64,000 nucleotides of DNA from Chiloscyllium plagiosum (taxonomy: Eukaryota). The position numbers and the translations under genes were made by a program. Below the pieces are notes generated by a model, which worked only from the letters and a program-made list of their open reading frames with translations, did not search any database and was not told the origin of the DNA. Positions 1-12,188 of the stretch are shown in pieces. Every line of letters starts with the position of its first letter. The first letter of the stretch is position 1. The stretch is taken from NCBI RefSeq assembly GCF_004010195.1, contig NC_057718.1, positions 76,537,057-76,601,056 on the forward strand, given 5' to 3'.

Positions 1-290
1 GTTGGAGGGCATCTTTAACCAGGTGGGAAGGGATATTGCGGTCTCTAAAGAAGGAGGCCATCTGGTGTGTTCTGTGGTGGAACTGGTCCTCCTGGGAGCA
101 GATACGGCGGAGGCGGAGGAATTGGGAATACGGGATGGCATTTTTGCAAGAGATAGGGTGGGAAGAGGTATAATCCAGGTAGCTGTGGGAGTCGGTGGGT
201 TTGTAAAATATATCAGTGTCAAGTCGGTCGTCACTAATGGAGATGGAGAGGTCCAGGAAGGGGAGGGAGGTGTCAGAGATGGTCCAGGTA
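1..290 (-). mobile_element. Penelope-like element, C-terminal RT/thumb fragment (runs off the window)
   Basis: Minus strand reads TISDTSLPFLDLSISISDDRLDTDIFYKPTDSHSYLDYTSSHPISCKNAIPYSQFLRLRRICSQEDQF, with typical PLE RT motifs (LPFLD, YKPT, HP...K). Confidence 0.85.
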
Positions 291-880
291 ATTTTCCTGA
301 TGTCATGACTCTTATCTTCTTGATCAATATGCCATGCTAAACCCATTCAAAGGCCTTGCAAAAGTCCATGTAGATTATATCAAGTTGCACTACCCTTATC
401 CATATACTTTGTCACTTCCTTGAAGGATTCACTCATGTTTGTTAGACATAATCTCTCCCTGACAATCTCACGCTGACTGTATTTGATTAATCTTTGCTTC
501 TCCAAGTAGAGATTAATTGCCCACAGAACCTTTTTCAATAGACTTCCTATCGCTGTTAGACTCAGTAGCCCATAGTTTCTTGGTTTATCCTTGCCACCTT
601 TCTTGAATAATAATATCACATTAGCTGTGCTTCAGTTCTCTAGCACCTCTCTTAGACCCTGAGTGGATTTGAAAATGAATGTTAAGGTTCTGCAATCTCC
701 TCCTTTTCCTTCCACAGCAGCTTGGAGTATATCTCATCTGGGCTGGGCATTTATCCATCTTTAAGTCTACTAAACCTGCTAATACCTCCCCCTTTCATTC
801 TAATTAGTTCAAGTATATCATAGTTCCCCTCTGATTTCTATATCTATATTGTCCTTGTCTATGGATCCCAATAAAAAATT
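291..880 (-). mobile_element. Decayed CR1 LINE RT fragment
   Basis: ORF 380..619 LFKKGGKDKPRNY..SLT...CLTN...EVTKYMDKG is homologous to the CR1 copy at 51521-52078. Confidence 0.8.
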
Positions 881-3404
881 AAGAAAAAAATTAAACCTAC
901 TAATGAAGAGTCACACATTTTCCTTTGCCTTTGACCATCACATCATTTTCTTGAGTCAAAATAAAAATAATTTCAAAATCACTATTTCATATAAATAGAA
1001 TCACACCATATTGTACTCAAATATAAGGGAATGCATAACAATGATTAGTTTATCACCTGCCTTGCAGGTGTATTTACCTGTCTTGATGTTACACTGATAC
1101 CTCGATGACCGTGTCACGACTGGTGGAAGTTTCCTGACTTTTGGATAGACTTTCAAAACAAAGATAAGAATTTTACAATTGATGTACTTAACCATGTCTC
1201 AGTATAAGTCAATGTTGATGTGGTAATGTAAGTGTTTTGGCTCTTTCCTAACAGTTAAGGAACCAATAAGTGCCACAGTGTCACCTACTTTTATGAAGGC
1301 CACACCACCAGCCCCCTCCAGATTAAGTGAAAATCAAGAACTTGTCCCGGCAATGATGAGTGGTCCCCTGGGTCATGAACCCTGGGAGGCAGAAATAGCT
1401 GCCTTCCCCTGAGAGCTGCTAGCCAATCAGAGGCTTGCAACTTTACATTCCACAAAAGTGCCACCAGACAGGCAGAGGCTGTGCCAGTAACTCGCCCACC
1501 TGAGAGATAGGATCTCCAATGCATCCACGTCAGAGGTAAGTGGTGGTAGTTAGGTGTCAGAGGAGGGAGAATAGGAAGAGTAGTCACTAGCAAGAGTAGG
1601 GGGTTGTTTTTCAGTGGGACTCCCCTTCCCAATTTGGGGTCTGACCATCCAATCCCTCCTGCTTGATTGAATATACTCCCAGCACCAAACTCATAATGGG
1701 AAAAGGCACTAAATTCCACCTTTGATAGGTGGTCATACTTGGTGCAAGTTAGGATATGGGTAGAGTTTTCAGATGACCATGTTTATGGAGGATAGAATAT
1801 CAGGAGACTGAAGAGATGATCATTGAATAGTCAACTTTTCAGGTAAAAGAAAGGCATGCCTTTGGAGGTCTTACTGACGACGAGAATATGAGATTGGAAA
1901 CTTCATCTTGGTATCAGGTGTGACACTAATGTTTGAACACTTTGGTACAGTCTAAGAAGATATTTGCTGTGAGCAAGATGGAATTGGTAATCAGAATAGA
2001 GTAGGAGCCAAAGACGTTGGCAAATGACTAATTAGAAGAAAACTTTGCTCACTTGGTAGTAGCTGTCAGACAAGCTATTTTATAATTAGGCAAAAGTTGG
2101 AGGACTGGAGAGGGTCCAGAGCAGCATGTGAGCTCTCGGCAAAAACACTTCATTTATTGTAAAATGTTTTGGGTCATGCTAAGATTGTAAAAGGTACTAT
2201 ACAAAAGCAAGTTGTTCTATTTATATAGGACAATTTTAGTCTATATTTTTATTTGGATTCATCAACGAATACCAAGAAAGAAATAGTTGTTCATGAAATT
2301 TCAGCAATTTGAATTATTGGGGAAATTGAACACCCCTACCCTTTTCTCACTTTTTTTTTAGAAATGCTTTGAATCATCCAAAAATGGTTGAAGATGCTTC
2401 AGATTATTGAGTGCACTCTAACAGTTCAAATCACATGTAATTACCTCATTTGAGATCCCTGTTAGTGAGAAAAGAACATGAATTTAAAAGTACCCCAAGT
2501 CCCTGCTCTTCTTTTTCATTCTCTGACAACTTTCCCAAACCCCAGTGTTTAATTTTTCCATTGGATTGCAGCTTTGAGTGACACACTTCACTATTAGAAT
2601 TAAAATAGTTAAACCTCAGGAGCTGCACTGATCTGACGACCTGTTGTTATTTGACGGAAAATTGCTGAGTGAACCAGCCTTTAATACCATATTGGCTACG
2701 TCAGTGAATGAATTATTAACATCAAAGCTGAAAGCAAACCTGTTGCCTCTGAATTGTAATTGGTTTGTTCTCTGGCCTTCTTTCAGAACACATCATGAAG
2801 TGACAGCAGTCAGGATAGTAAACGTTTGCTGATACTCGGCAGCATTTTTCCTTAGCAAGCCAGGAAATAACTTTAGTTCAAGAGGAACAGAACAATAACA
2901 GGTTATTTGTAAATCACTAGCTAGGTCATATCAAACACAATGAATTTTGTGGTCTGTGGCTAGGCATTAGATCTTGCTGCTGATTCACAGAAAGCTGTCT
3001 GTATTGATCTGGTGATCACTGTATTGAAACTTTCTCCTTTCCCAAAGGCGGTTTACATCTGGTACTAACTCAGAGGAATGCCTTTGCATGCTACAGCAAT
3101 GATGGTAGCAAACAGGTATCAAATGAAGAAGTTAAATTCACATAAAAATATTCACTTTTAATGTAAGTTTCCAGACAGTGCAATAAATGTATTAAGATAG
3201 AACTAACAGAGAGATACAGTTTAAAAAGAAAAAAAATTAATAATGTTTAACCACTGATAAGAAATTTGACTTTCTGCAAATATAAAATTAGCATTTTAAA
3301 AGTTATTTAGCAGAAATTGTTAAAGAAAGTTGTAAAAAGAAAACCAATTACACCTCATTCAACACAGTGCAAGTTTTTTCAGGATTTTTGCAACACCACA
3401 AGTA

Positions 3405-4345
3405 TTAGACCATAAGACCATAAATGTAGAAGCAGAAGTAGGCCATTCAGCTCATTGAATCTGCTCCACTACTCAATGAGATCATGGTTGATCTGATAAT
3501 CCTCAACTCCACTTTCCTGTATTTTACCCATAACATTTGATTCCCTTAGTGATTACAAATCTGTCTCTCTCAGTTTTGAATATAAATAATGACACTGACT
3601 CAACAGACTTTCTAGGATAAAGAATTTCTAAGATTTCCTATCCTTGAGAGAAGAAATTCCTCTTCATCTCTGTATTATTAAAAATGCAATTCCTTATTTT
3701 GAGATAATGCCCTCTGGTCCTAGACTCTCCCACCAAGAGGGGAAACAACCTTTTCACCACTACCTTGTCAAGTCCCCGGAGATTCATATATGCTTCAACA
3801 AGGTTGCCTCTCATTCTTCCATATTCCAATGAGTACAGGTCCAAAGGTCCAATTTACTCAACTTCTTCTCACAAAGACAATCTCGCTGGACCCGGTATGA
3901 ACCTAGTGACTGACTCCAATGCCTATATATCTTTCCTAAAGACATGGGGCCAAAACTGTTCACAGTATTCCAGTTTAGGTCTGACTTGTGCCTCGTACAG
4001 TTTTAGGAAAACCTCCCTACTTTTATACTCCATTTGCTTTGAAATAAAGACCAACATTCCATTTGCTTTCTGTAGTCGTTCTCCATTTAAAAATATTTAG
4101 TTCCTCTATTCTTCCTGCTGAAATGAATGACCTCACATTTTCCCACATCATCTTCCATCTTCTACGTTTTTGCCCACTTACTTAACCTGCGTTCTATCCC
4201 TCTGCAGACTCGTGGTGTCATCCTTACCACTTCCCTTCACATCTATTTTTATGTCATTCTCAAATTTGGCCATTTTCCTAAATCAAGTCATTAATATTAC
4301 ATTGTAAATAATTGTGACTGCAGCACTGATCCCTATGGTATTAAA
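3405..4345 (-). mobile_element. Decayed CR1 LINE 3' end
   Basis: ORF 3638..3844 LYSLEYGRMRGNLVEAY...ESRTRGHYLKI...NFFSQ; gaccataa repeat tail at the left end. Confidence 0.8.
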
Positions 4346-6052
4346 ATGTAAGTTTCCATCCATTAATAATTGCAAGGGAGCTAGCAGTTAGTGGGACTCT
4401 CAACACGACACATTATCAGTACAGAAAATGCACTGACAATAACCTTTGGATTTTCATGACACTCATGCATGTCCAAACTCCCAAAGTTGCTGTCACTTTC
4501 AGTGGAGGAATGACAGCAAGTGCTGACAGATTTGCCATTATTACCTGAGTAAAATCTGGGCCAATGAATATCAGACACTGCATGACGCCTGCAAACTAGG
4601 GAAACAATAACTTTTGTCAAATAGCATCGTTCAGTGGTTGACTGGTTACAGCCTAGGTCACTCAGTCGACACACTACTTTGATAGCTTTTTTTTAAGTTC
4701 ACAGATTGTATTTCACTTACAATTATTTTGTTGCGTGTTTTACTGCCACGTGGTAAGTTTTGGGTTCATGGCAGACGGGTCAAGAAGAAGGCAAGCCAAG
4801 GACTGGTTTCTATTTCAAAACAGGGCTACTTATATTATTTCATACTAAATACAATGACATATCTTACAGTAGGCTCTAACTTATAATTACATTATGATGA
4901 CTAAGCTATCTTCTTCAAATGGTCATATCCATTTGCAGAATGTGTCTCTTTAAAAGAGTCACATATTCCAAGGTATTTCTTCCAGTGTTCTTTAAAGTGT
5001 GTTCTAATTCGGCCCTTTCTGTGGTAATTATACTCAATGATGTGCAGTGATGTGACATCACAGTAGGTTTGCTCCAGTGTCCACTTATTCTTACAACCAT
5101 GAAGATCTTGCCAGCTATTGCAGACTTTCACCTACACCTGAACTAGTATACCATAGCCCAATGTCACTTAACCAAGGGTGGTTCTGGCCAAGCAGAAAGT
5201 TTAGAGCAATGCTGTACTTCAGTCCTACAAGAGTATGATCTCATCCTTCAGCAGATCTAAGTCTTTCCCATAGAGATCGAAGACTATCAGAAAAATGCAG
5301 GCTTCACACTGACCAAATATATGTTGTTCTTGGCAAGGAAATGTTCCCTAAAGGTTCCACAAACAGCAGCCATTAATCCGCAGTAATACCCACACTGATT
5401 TTAAATGTTTCCTCATCAGAGGCCTGAAAGGAAACAGGAAACAATGTGTAAAAATTGTACCAGACTCCTTAGCTATCATTTACTTTTTGATAATGGGGGT
5501 CTTTTATCAATGTTTTATTTCCCTATCCGGATCTATATTTATTGGTCACAAATTTTGCCATTTCAGCTAAGGCCAAAAGCTGAACTCAGAGTGTCTGACA
5601 GATCTGTCTCATTTAAGCTTTCCAAATACATTTGGGATAAAAAAGGACTGTATGAATTATTTTCTGTTTGAAAACAATCAGAAGTCTCATGCACACATAA
5701 TAACTCTGATTTGTTGAATGTATGAAGAGAGTCTTATTGTGAGACCTGGTTTTTATCAAGCCTAGGAACATTCTTGGAGCACAGATTTACGAGTGTTTCC
5801 TGTGATTGGCTGTACAGCTAATCTTAAAGCATCAGAGCTGTATGCTTCCTAAGGTTTAACAGTTTGAATTTTAATAGTAACAAAAGGGAGAAAATAAAAC
5901 ACTAGGAATTGGAAATGTTTTAGCAGATGAAAAAGAGGAGGAGGGGAATGAAGGAGATTTTGAATTAACTCTACAAAAAGCCAATATCCTGTCACCAAGT
6001 CACACTTTATTTCCATGTGAAAAGTCCTTGATACTGACCAAGCTTCCTCAGA

Positions 6053-6215
6053 AGCGCAGCAGGTCAGGCAGCATCCAGGGAACAAGAGCCTGAAGAAGGG
6101 CTTATGCCCGAAACGTCGAATCTCCTGTTCCCTGGATGCTGCCTGACCTGCTGCGCTTTTCCAGCAACACATTTCCAGCTCTGATCTCCAGCATCTGCAG
6201 ACCTCACTTTCTCCT
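6053..6215 (+). mobile_element. Fold-back mini-PLE (family A) with intact hammerhead core
   Basis: 14-bp TSD CAAGCTTCCTCAGA (6039-6052, 6216-6229); inverted arms around the core; constant end ...cctcactttctcc. Confidence 0.85.
6090..6117 (+). ncRNA. Minimal hammerhead ribozyme core (putative)
   Basis: CTGAAGA-A-GGGC(TTAT)GCCC-GAAAC-GTC: all conserved core nucleotides, 4-bp stem II, palindromic ACGU helix III. Confidence 0.65.
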
Positions 6216-6937
6216 CAAGCTTCCTCAGAGCCAGCTCACAACTCAGAACCGCTGATACTCCTGTTCTTATCTGTCAGCCAGGGCACCCTGTTAACCTGGA
6301 CCAGGTTAACAGCCCCAATTAGGGAACTTATTTTATAATGTGCATCTGGCTGACCTCATTACAATCACCACATTCAAAATGGTTATGTGCTCAAAATAGA
6401 ATGGAAACAAATCAAGACTGTGACTGACTCCAATGAGCAAGATTATCCTGTTTGCTGGCCAAAGAGAAAGAGAAAAGGCTGTTTTTATTTTTGTGTTCAG
6501 AAATTCACTGTTGTACTTGTTCCACTCACTTGATTCTATGTTTATTAAAGAAGAGATATGAATCTGCTCTTATTTACAAAGATCATTTTGGATGTGGGTC
6601 ACTCTGGTAAAGTTGTATTGAATGTCCATCTGTAGTTTCTCTGAGAAGGTGGCATAGGATTTCTGCTTAAGATGCTGCTATCCTGTGGTTGTGATTTGGT
6701 GATAATTCCATAACATCAACCAACCAACTTTAATTTGGGTCCAAATCATAATATTGTACATCTTGGAGGTAATGATGTACTTAAAGCCATGCTGCTCCTA
6801 TCCTTATAGATTGAAATAATTTGGTGAATTCCTGCAAAAAAGTAGATCGCACATGTTGCAGTGCACAAAGTAGGATGTGTGGATCTTGAATTCTTTTACA
6901 AGATCTCCAGCTACATTGAACTGACTGCTGTTAATCT

Positions 6938-7426
6938 TGATTCTGGTTGCATGCATCCAGTGATGTCTTCAGTAATGGTTGACTCAGTGACTGATGCAGG
7001 CCCAGTCTAGTGGCTATGACCCCCAGGTTCCTGCCTCGTTTGTCAGTGATGGTACCACTGAACCACTCCTGATGTTAAACACTGAGGTTCGGGGATCCAA
7101 GATGGCGGCGACCCAGTAAGACTGAGTCTATAGTGCTCCTCCCAAGACTTGGGCACAGTGGGTCACCTACCCCCTACCAAGCTCACTAAATCATTTATAA
7201 ATCATTTATAATAGTTTAGTAACTGAATTAGTGGTGTAATATTATATTTAATCAACTTTATCCTAAGTTAAAATGATTCTGGTTGCATGCATCCAGTGAT
7301 GTCTTCAGTAATGGTTGACTCAGTGACTGATGCAGGCCCAGTCTAGTGGCTATGACCCCCAGGTTCCTGCCTCGTTTGTCAGTGATGGTACCACTGAACC
7401 ACTCCTGATGTTAAACACTGAGGTTC
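6938..7426. repeat. 153-bp direct repeat (6938-7090, 7274-7426) flanking a 183-bp insert
   Basis: Both copies read tgattctggttgc...cactgaggttc, identical by eye; insert 7091-7273 starts GGGGATCCAAGATGGCGGCG. Confidence 0.9.
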
Positions 7427-7503
7427 CCTGCTCAAAGTGCAAGAAACTTCCCATGCATTGCCTTCTCTTGGAGCTTCTTCCAAGTGGAGTTCAATGTGCA
7501 AGA

Positions 7504-7609
7504 CGAAATGAGAGGATTCCTGATGAAGGGCTAACATCCAAAACATTGATTCTCCTGCTCCTCGGATGCTGCCTGACCAGCTGTGCTTTTCCAGCGGCAT
7601 ACTCTTGAC
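7504..7609 (+). mobile_element. Mini-PLE terminus (family A), degenerate hammerhead
   Basis: 14-bp TSD TTCAATGTGCAAGA (7490-7503, 7610-7623); CTGATGAAGGG at 7520 with a decayed GAAAC. Confidence 0.8.
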
Positions 7610-8400
7610 TTCAATGTGCAAGAGTACTGATTCATCAGTTTGGTGTGGGAGGACAATAGATATTGATCAGCAAGGAAACTTTTTGTCATTGTTTGACTTG
7701 GAAGTCATAGCATCTCATTACAATACCACCAGGATGTACATCACTATGCCCATATTGTTGGAGAGTTTACTCATCTGGTAGAACAAACTTGCCAATGGGT
7801 GCTGATGGTCAAGTCTAACATTTTGGTTGTTAGATATAACACTGTAAACATGACTTCATCCTGCTATGTACACAAGTAGTCTGTTGTACAGTTCCACAAC
7901 CTAGCAAAGAAGGCTTTTGAGTGTCAACTGGGCCAGGACTGCCGGAGTCTTGACCTCATTTGATGTTTCTGGTGTTGGTCACTACAACACATACTGGAAT
8001 CTTATGTAAATTCAGGTAAATCTGGCACCAATAGCAGAAGTCTCTGTTACCTGGCCAATATATTCAGTAGTTTAAAAAGACTGTGTGATGTCAGAAATAA
8101 GAAGCAATTAATACTTGTTTCAAATGATCCAAATTAAAGTTATTGATGCATTCAATAAATATGCCAAAATTCCCCATGTTTTAATGTCGAAGATTTGGGT
8201 TATTGAGGAATATCTGTCACTTTTATATTAGGAATTGCAAGATTGAACTTTTCCAGCTAAGCTCCAGAGGTTTGTTTGTATTAATCACAGCATTATTGTG
8301 CTGAATTTCATGTTGCTGAGTTTAAGGCATGTGAAAAATGTGCTTTGTTCCAGCCGTTTTGATCACATTGTGTGACTTACTGAAAGGGCCATCCTTTTAT

Positions 8401-8706
8401 GGGCAGCACGGTGGCACAGTGGTTAACACTGCTGCCTCTCAGCGCCAGAGACCCGGGTTCAATTCCTGCCTCAGACAACTGTCTGTGTGGAGTTTGCACA
8501 TTCTCCCTGTGTCTGCGTGGGTTTCCTCCGGGTGCTCCGGTTTCTTCCCACAGTCCAAAAATGTGCACGTTAGGTGAATTGGTTATGCTAAATTGCCTAT
8601 AGTGTTAGGTGTAGGGGAATGGGTCTGGGTGGGTTGCTCTTTGGAGGGTCAGTGTGGACTGGTTGGGCTGAAGGGCCTGTTTCCACACTGTAAATCATCT
8701 AATCTA
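8401..8706 (+). mobile_element. tRNA-derived SINE (HE1/V-SINE-like)
   Basis: A box tggcacagtgg, B box ggttcaattcc, central tgtgtggagtttgcacattctcc domain, CR1-like tail ending in (aatct)n; five copies in the window. Confidence 0.9.
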
Positions 8707-9966
8707 AAAAAAATTTTAAATTTGCAACAAGGCTGTAAGCTGATATTCATTGCAAATTGATGAAGAAGCATCAGACATATAGAAGTTGCTGGAGCATAAT
8801 ACCCAGTTTAATCTGAGGTTGGAGGGAGAGTGGAGACATGGGAGGGAAGGTCAGATAAATCATGTGTAACACAGGAATGTCAATTCCTATCTTCACAGCT
8901 GAAATACTAGTCGGTCTGCCGTTGCTCATTGTTTCATGTGGGGTTGTTCTGTTTTAATTAAATACATTAGAATTATTTTATCATTGCTTATAGTATCAGT
9001 TGGATGTACTACAAAAACACTTCTTGTAATTTCGTCTTTTCAAAGTCATTGTTTAGATTTATATTTTTACGTAATATTTGTATTTGTTTTTACACAAAAA
9101 GTGTTATGAAAGTTTTATTAAATCCTCCTTTGCTGCTATTTTCTTCTCTATGGATTGTCTTGGTGATTGTTCCACCTTTTGGTTTTCATTCTACATGATA
9201 GATCAAGGAATACTCATTACTCAATGGTACCTGGTCTTATTATAAATATTTACACAACTGTTTCTGTTTGTCCAGATTCTCCTCTCCAGGTAATAAAAAT
9301 TAGAGGTGTAGGTCATATAAAACTCAAGTATAATCACTTGTTAGGTTTCAATATAACCATACAGTAGTTTTTTTTACTGATAATGTCTGTTTGTCTGGTA
9401 TGCTTTTGGTTGTAATTTGCTCCTACAGAAGTGAGTGCCATTGCCAATTATGAGATTTGAAATTAAAGTGCAGCACATGGGTGTCACTGTTAACAATTGT
9501 CATCGTACAGCTGTATTGGAGGAAAGAATGAAAAGACTGTGGCCCAACTCTTACTAGCCCAAACAAAGTGGGTAATAGTGAATGAGTTGAGAAAATATGG
9601 CAAGATCAGCAGAATACAAAGATTCTCAACATAGAGGAGAATAAAGTCAGATCAGTTTTGAACAGTGAGGAGAGAATTGTACTGGCAGGAAGTGAAAGAA
9701 CTATTCATGTGACATTAATAACTAATCTCGCCTCAATGAAATATATTTTCCGATTCACATGTCAGACCGAAACTAGATGGCAACAAATCCCAACCTGACG
9801 ACTGCAGCTCACCACATGCTTTTCCAGTCCTCCAACTTTGTAGCAGTTCCATGAAGTAATTCTAGTATGCCATCATCAAGACACACTTCATTTACAGGTG
9901 GAGAATCTTTGACCTCCCTCAGAACCAGCTCTCAGAGTGAATAGGATGTCTGAGACTTCTGTTCTT

Positions 9967-10384
9967 TTTTTTCTCTTTCTTTTTTTTTCCTGAAAATCTC
10001 AAGGGTGTTAGTGGACACTGCTCATTCTCCAGGGACACCCGGGCTCAAAACATTCCTGTTTATTTTCTTTTTTATACACTGATCCAGCTCCCTCAGAGGC
10101 AGCTCTCAGAGTGAACAGAAAGTTTGACACTCCTGTTTATTTTTTCTCCCCCTTTCTTTTTTAACCCCCACACTACCGCCTAACTGCGGTAGTGCTTATT
10201 TTTTCCCCAGCACCCATGGTGTGTGTGTGCAGGTGTGAGACACAGTGAGAGACAAGATGCATGAATCTTTATTCAATTTCCACCACCAGGAAGATAGGAA
10301 AACACCCGAGTGGCCAGTGACAAGCAGTGCCCTTCACAAAAGGGCAATGCTGTGTGATCAAACAATGAAGGGGAGGGGAGGGAA
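9967..10384 (-). mobile_element. 5'-truncated poly(A) retroposon 3' end with stacked 3' transductions, inserted in an LTR-like repeat
   Basis: 15-bp TSD GAGACTTCTGTTCTT (9952-9966, 10385-10399); three T-rich tracts; minus-strand AATAAA; hairpin CACTACCGC-ctaact-GCGGTAGTG at 10171-10194. Confidence 0.75.
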
Positions 10385-11617
10385 GAGACTTCTGTTCTTA
10401 TCTGTCAACTAGGGCTCCCTGGTTGGACCACATTATTAGCCCCACTCAGGGAACTCATATTCTACCTGGCTTACCTCATTACGGCCACTACATCCCCAAC
10501 ATCTCTGTGGCAATGACCACTCACAGCTACATGGTCGACAAATATTGGCATTAGACACTCAATAGTGTTTCCACATCCTCATGGCATATCTCTGCTCAGA
10601 CAATACAGTTGTCCACTTTAATACTGCATTTTGGAGCACTTCAGCACTTTCAGCGAATGCTGCTGCGGGGACACTTTGTGTGGAGGGACACAAACTCACC
10701 TCATTTATTGGAATAGGTTACATCTTAAGTCTCCACACTTGCGCTCTTACCATTCACTCACTTTGCACTTATTCAGATGCTCATAGCACCTCTGCCTTGC
10801 CTTGTGTTGCCTTTTTGCACTTTGACCCTCATGCAGAACTTAAAGGCTCACAGTACGTCTGCCTTGCCTTGCCATTTAGTGCAGACTCAAAGCCAAACAG
10901 CTTGTCAGTGCTGATCAGGAAAGGGACTGGACATGTTAGTGTGGGGCATCACGCCAAGTCAATCTCAGACCCGCAGTATGTGGAAACAGCTTATGCAGTT
11001 TACTCTGCATGTGCTTTAACCAAATGGCTATGTCACAAAGTCTATGGGGAGTGGTTCTCAATCAAGTCACCGAAGATGGCCTTCAGTCAGGGGATCCCAG
11101 CAGACTGAGTCAAGGGCAGTGTCTGATATCAGTCCATAGACTTGGACATTGTCAGTCAGCTGCTTGTATAGACAGGGTGTGTATCACTGTCTTCCAGGAA
11201 GTGGGCCACGGTCATTCCTGCAGGTCCAGCCAACCAGTTCTTGAATTTGCAGATGTCATTCAGGGAGATGCACAGAAATCAATCAGGTATCCGGTCTCTC
11301 ATCAGCTGGGATTCTCTGTCCAAATTCACCTTTTACCTTTCCACCTCGGTTGTAGCAGCATCGCAACAGCGGACCCTGCACGGAATGGCGGACGAAGATT
11401 GGGCCCCGGGGACCAGCAAGGCTGAGTGAATGACAAAGGAGAAGGCATCCAGTAACAGTGGCAGCAACACCAGGATGAGGCAAATGATATGAGCGAGGTT
11501 CGACCCTAGTTCGAGGTCTCCTGGCAAGCACAGAGTAGATCCCACACTTAATTGCTCAGTACAGACTCACAGGCTGAGCTGACGCTCCAGGTCAGTGGCT
11601 AGGCCCAGATATCTGAT

Positions 11618-12188
11618 AGAGAAAGTGAGGTCTGCAGATGCTGGAGATCAGAGCTGAAAATGTGTTGCTGGAAAAGCGCAGCAGGTCAGGCAGCATCCAG
11701 GGAACAGGAGAATCGACGTTTCGGGCATAAGCCCTTCTTCAGGAATGAGGAAAGTTTGTCCAGCAGGCTAAGATAAAAGGTAGGGAGGAGGNNNNNNNNN
11801 NNNNNNNNNNNNNNNNNNNNNNNNNNNNNNNNNNNNNNNNNNNNNNNNNNNNNNNNNNNNNNNNNNNNNNNNNNNNNNNNNNNNNNNNNNNNNNNNNNNN
11901 NNNNNNNNNNNNNNNNNNNNNNNNNNNNNNNNNNNNNNNNNNNNNNNNNNNNNNNNNNNNNNNNNNNNNNNNNNNNNNNNNNNNNNNNNNNNNNNNNNNN
12001 NNNNNNNNNNNNNNNNNNNNNNNNNNNNNNNNNNNNNNNNNNNNNNNNNNNNNNNNNNNNNNNNNNNNNNNNNNNNNNNNNNNNNNNNNNNNNNTTCCTG
12101 AAGAAGGGCTTATGCCCGAAACGTCGATTCTCCTGTTCCCTGGATGCTGCCTGACCTGCTGGGCTTTTCCAGCAACACATTTTCAGCT
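11618..12188. mobile_element. PLE family A insertion with inverted termini spanning an assembly gap
   Basis: Left arm gagaaagtgagg...cttcaggaa is the reverse complement of right arm ttcctgaag...ttttcagct; intact hammerhead cores at 11715-11742 (-) and 12098-12125 (+). Confidence 0.8.
11792..12094. other. Assembly gap (303 N)
   Basis: Run of N. Confidence 1.

Larger units (their letters stand above)
5990..6372 (-). mobile_element. Short LTR-like repeat (TG...CA), interrupted by a mini-PLE
   Basis: Begins tgtcacc, ends caccaca, with a minus-strand AATAAA near the left end; homologous copies at about 9870-10492 and 10076-10139. No TSD found. Confidence 0.45.

Noticed and set aside
2..340. 112-aa plus-strand ORF
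   Set aside because: Antisense shadow of the minus-strand PLE RT.
1291..1719. 142-aa minus-strand ORF
   Set aside because: Low-complexity and unrecognised; likely an old repeat remnant.
8401..8475. tRNA gene
   Set aside because: A and B boxes are present but continue into the SINE body and LINE-like tail; no full cloverleaf or terminator.
8338..8602. Repeated ORFs such as GLWEETGAPGGNPRRHGENVQTPH
   Set aside because: Translations of the SINE central domain, not genes.
10581..11545. Overlapping 60-175 aa ORFs in a moderately GC-rich block
   Set aside because: No recognisable domain or splice context; probably a decayed transposon that I cannot classify.
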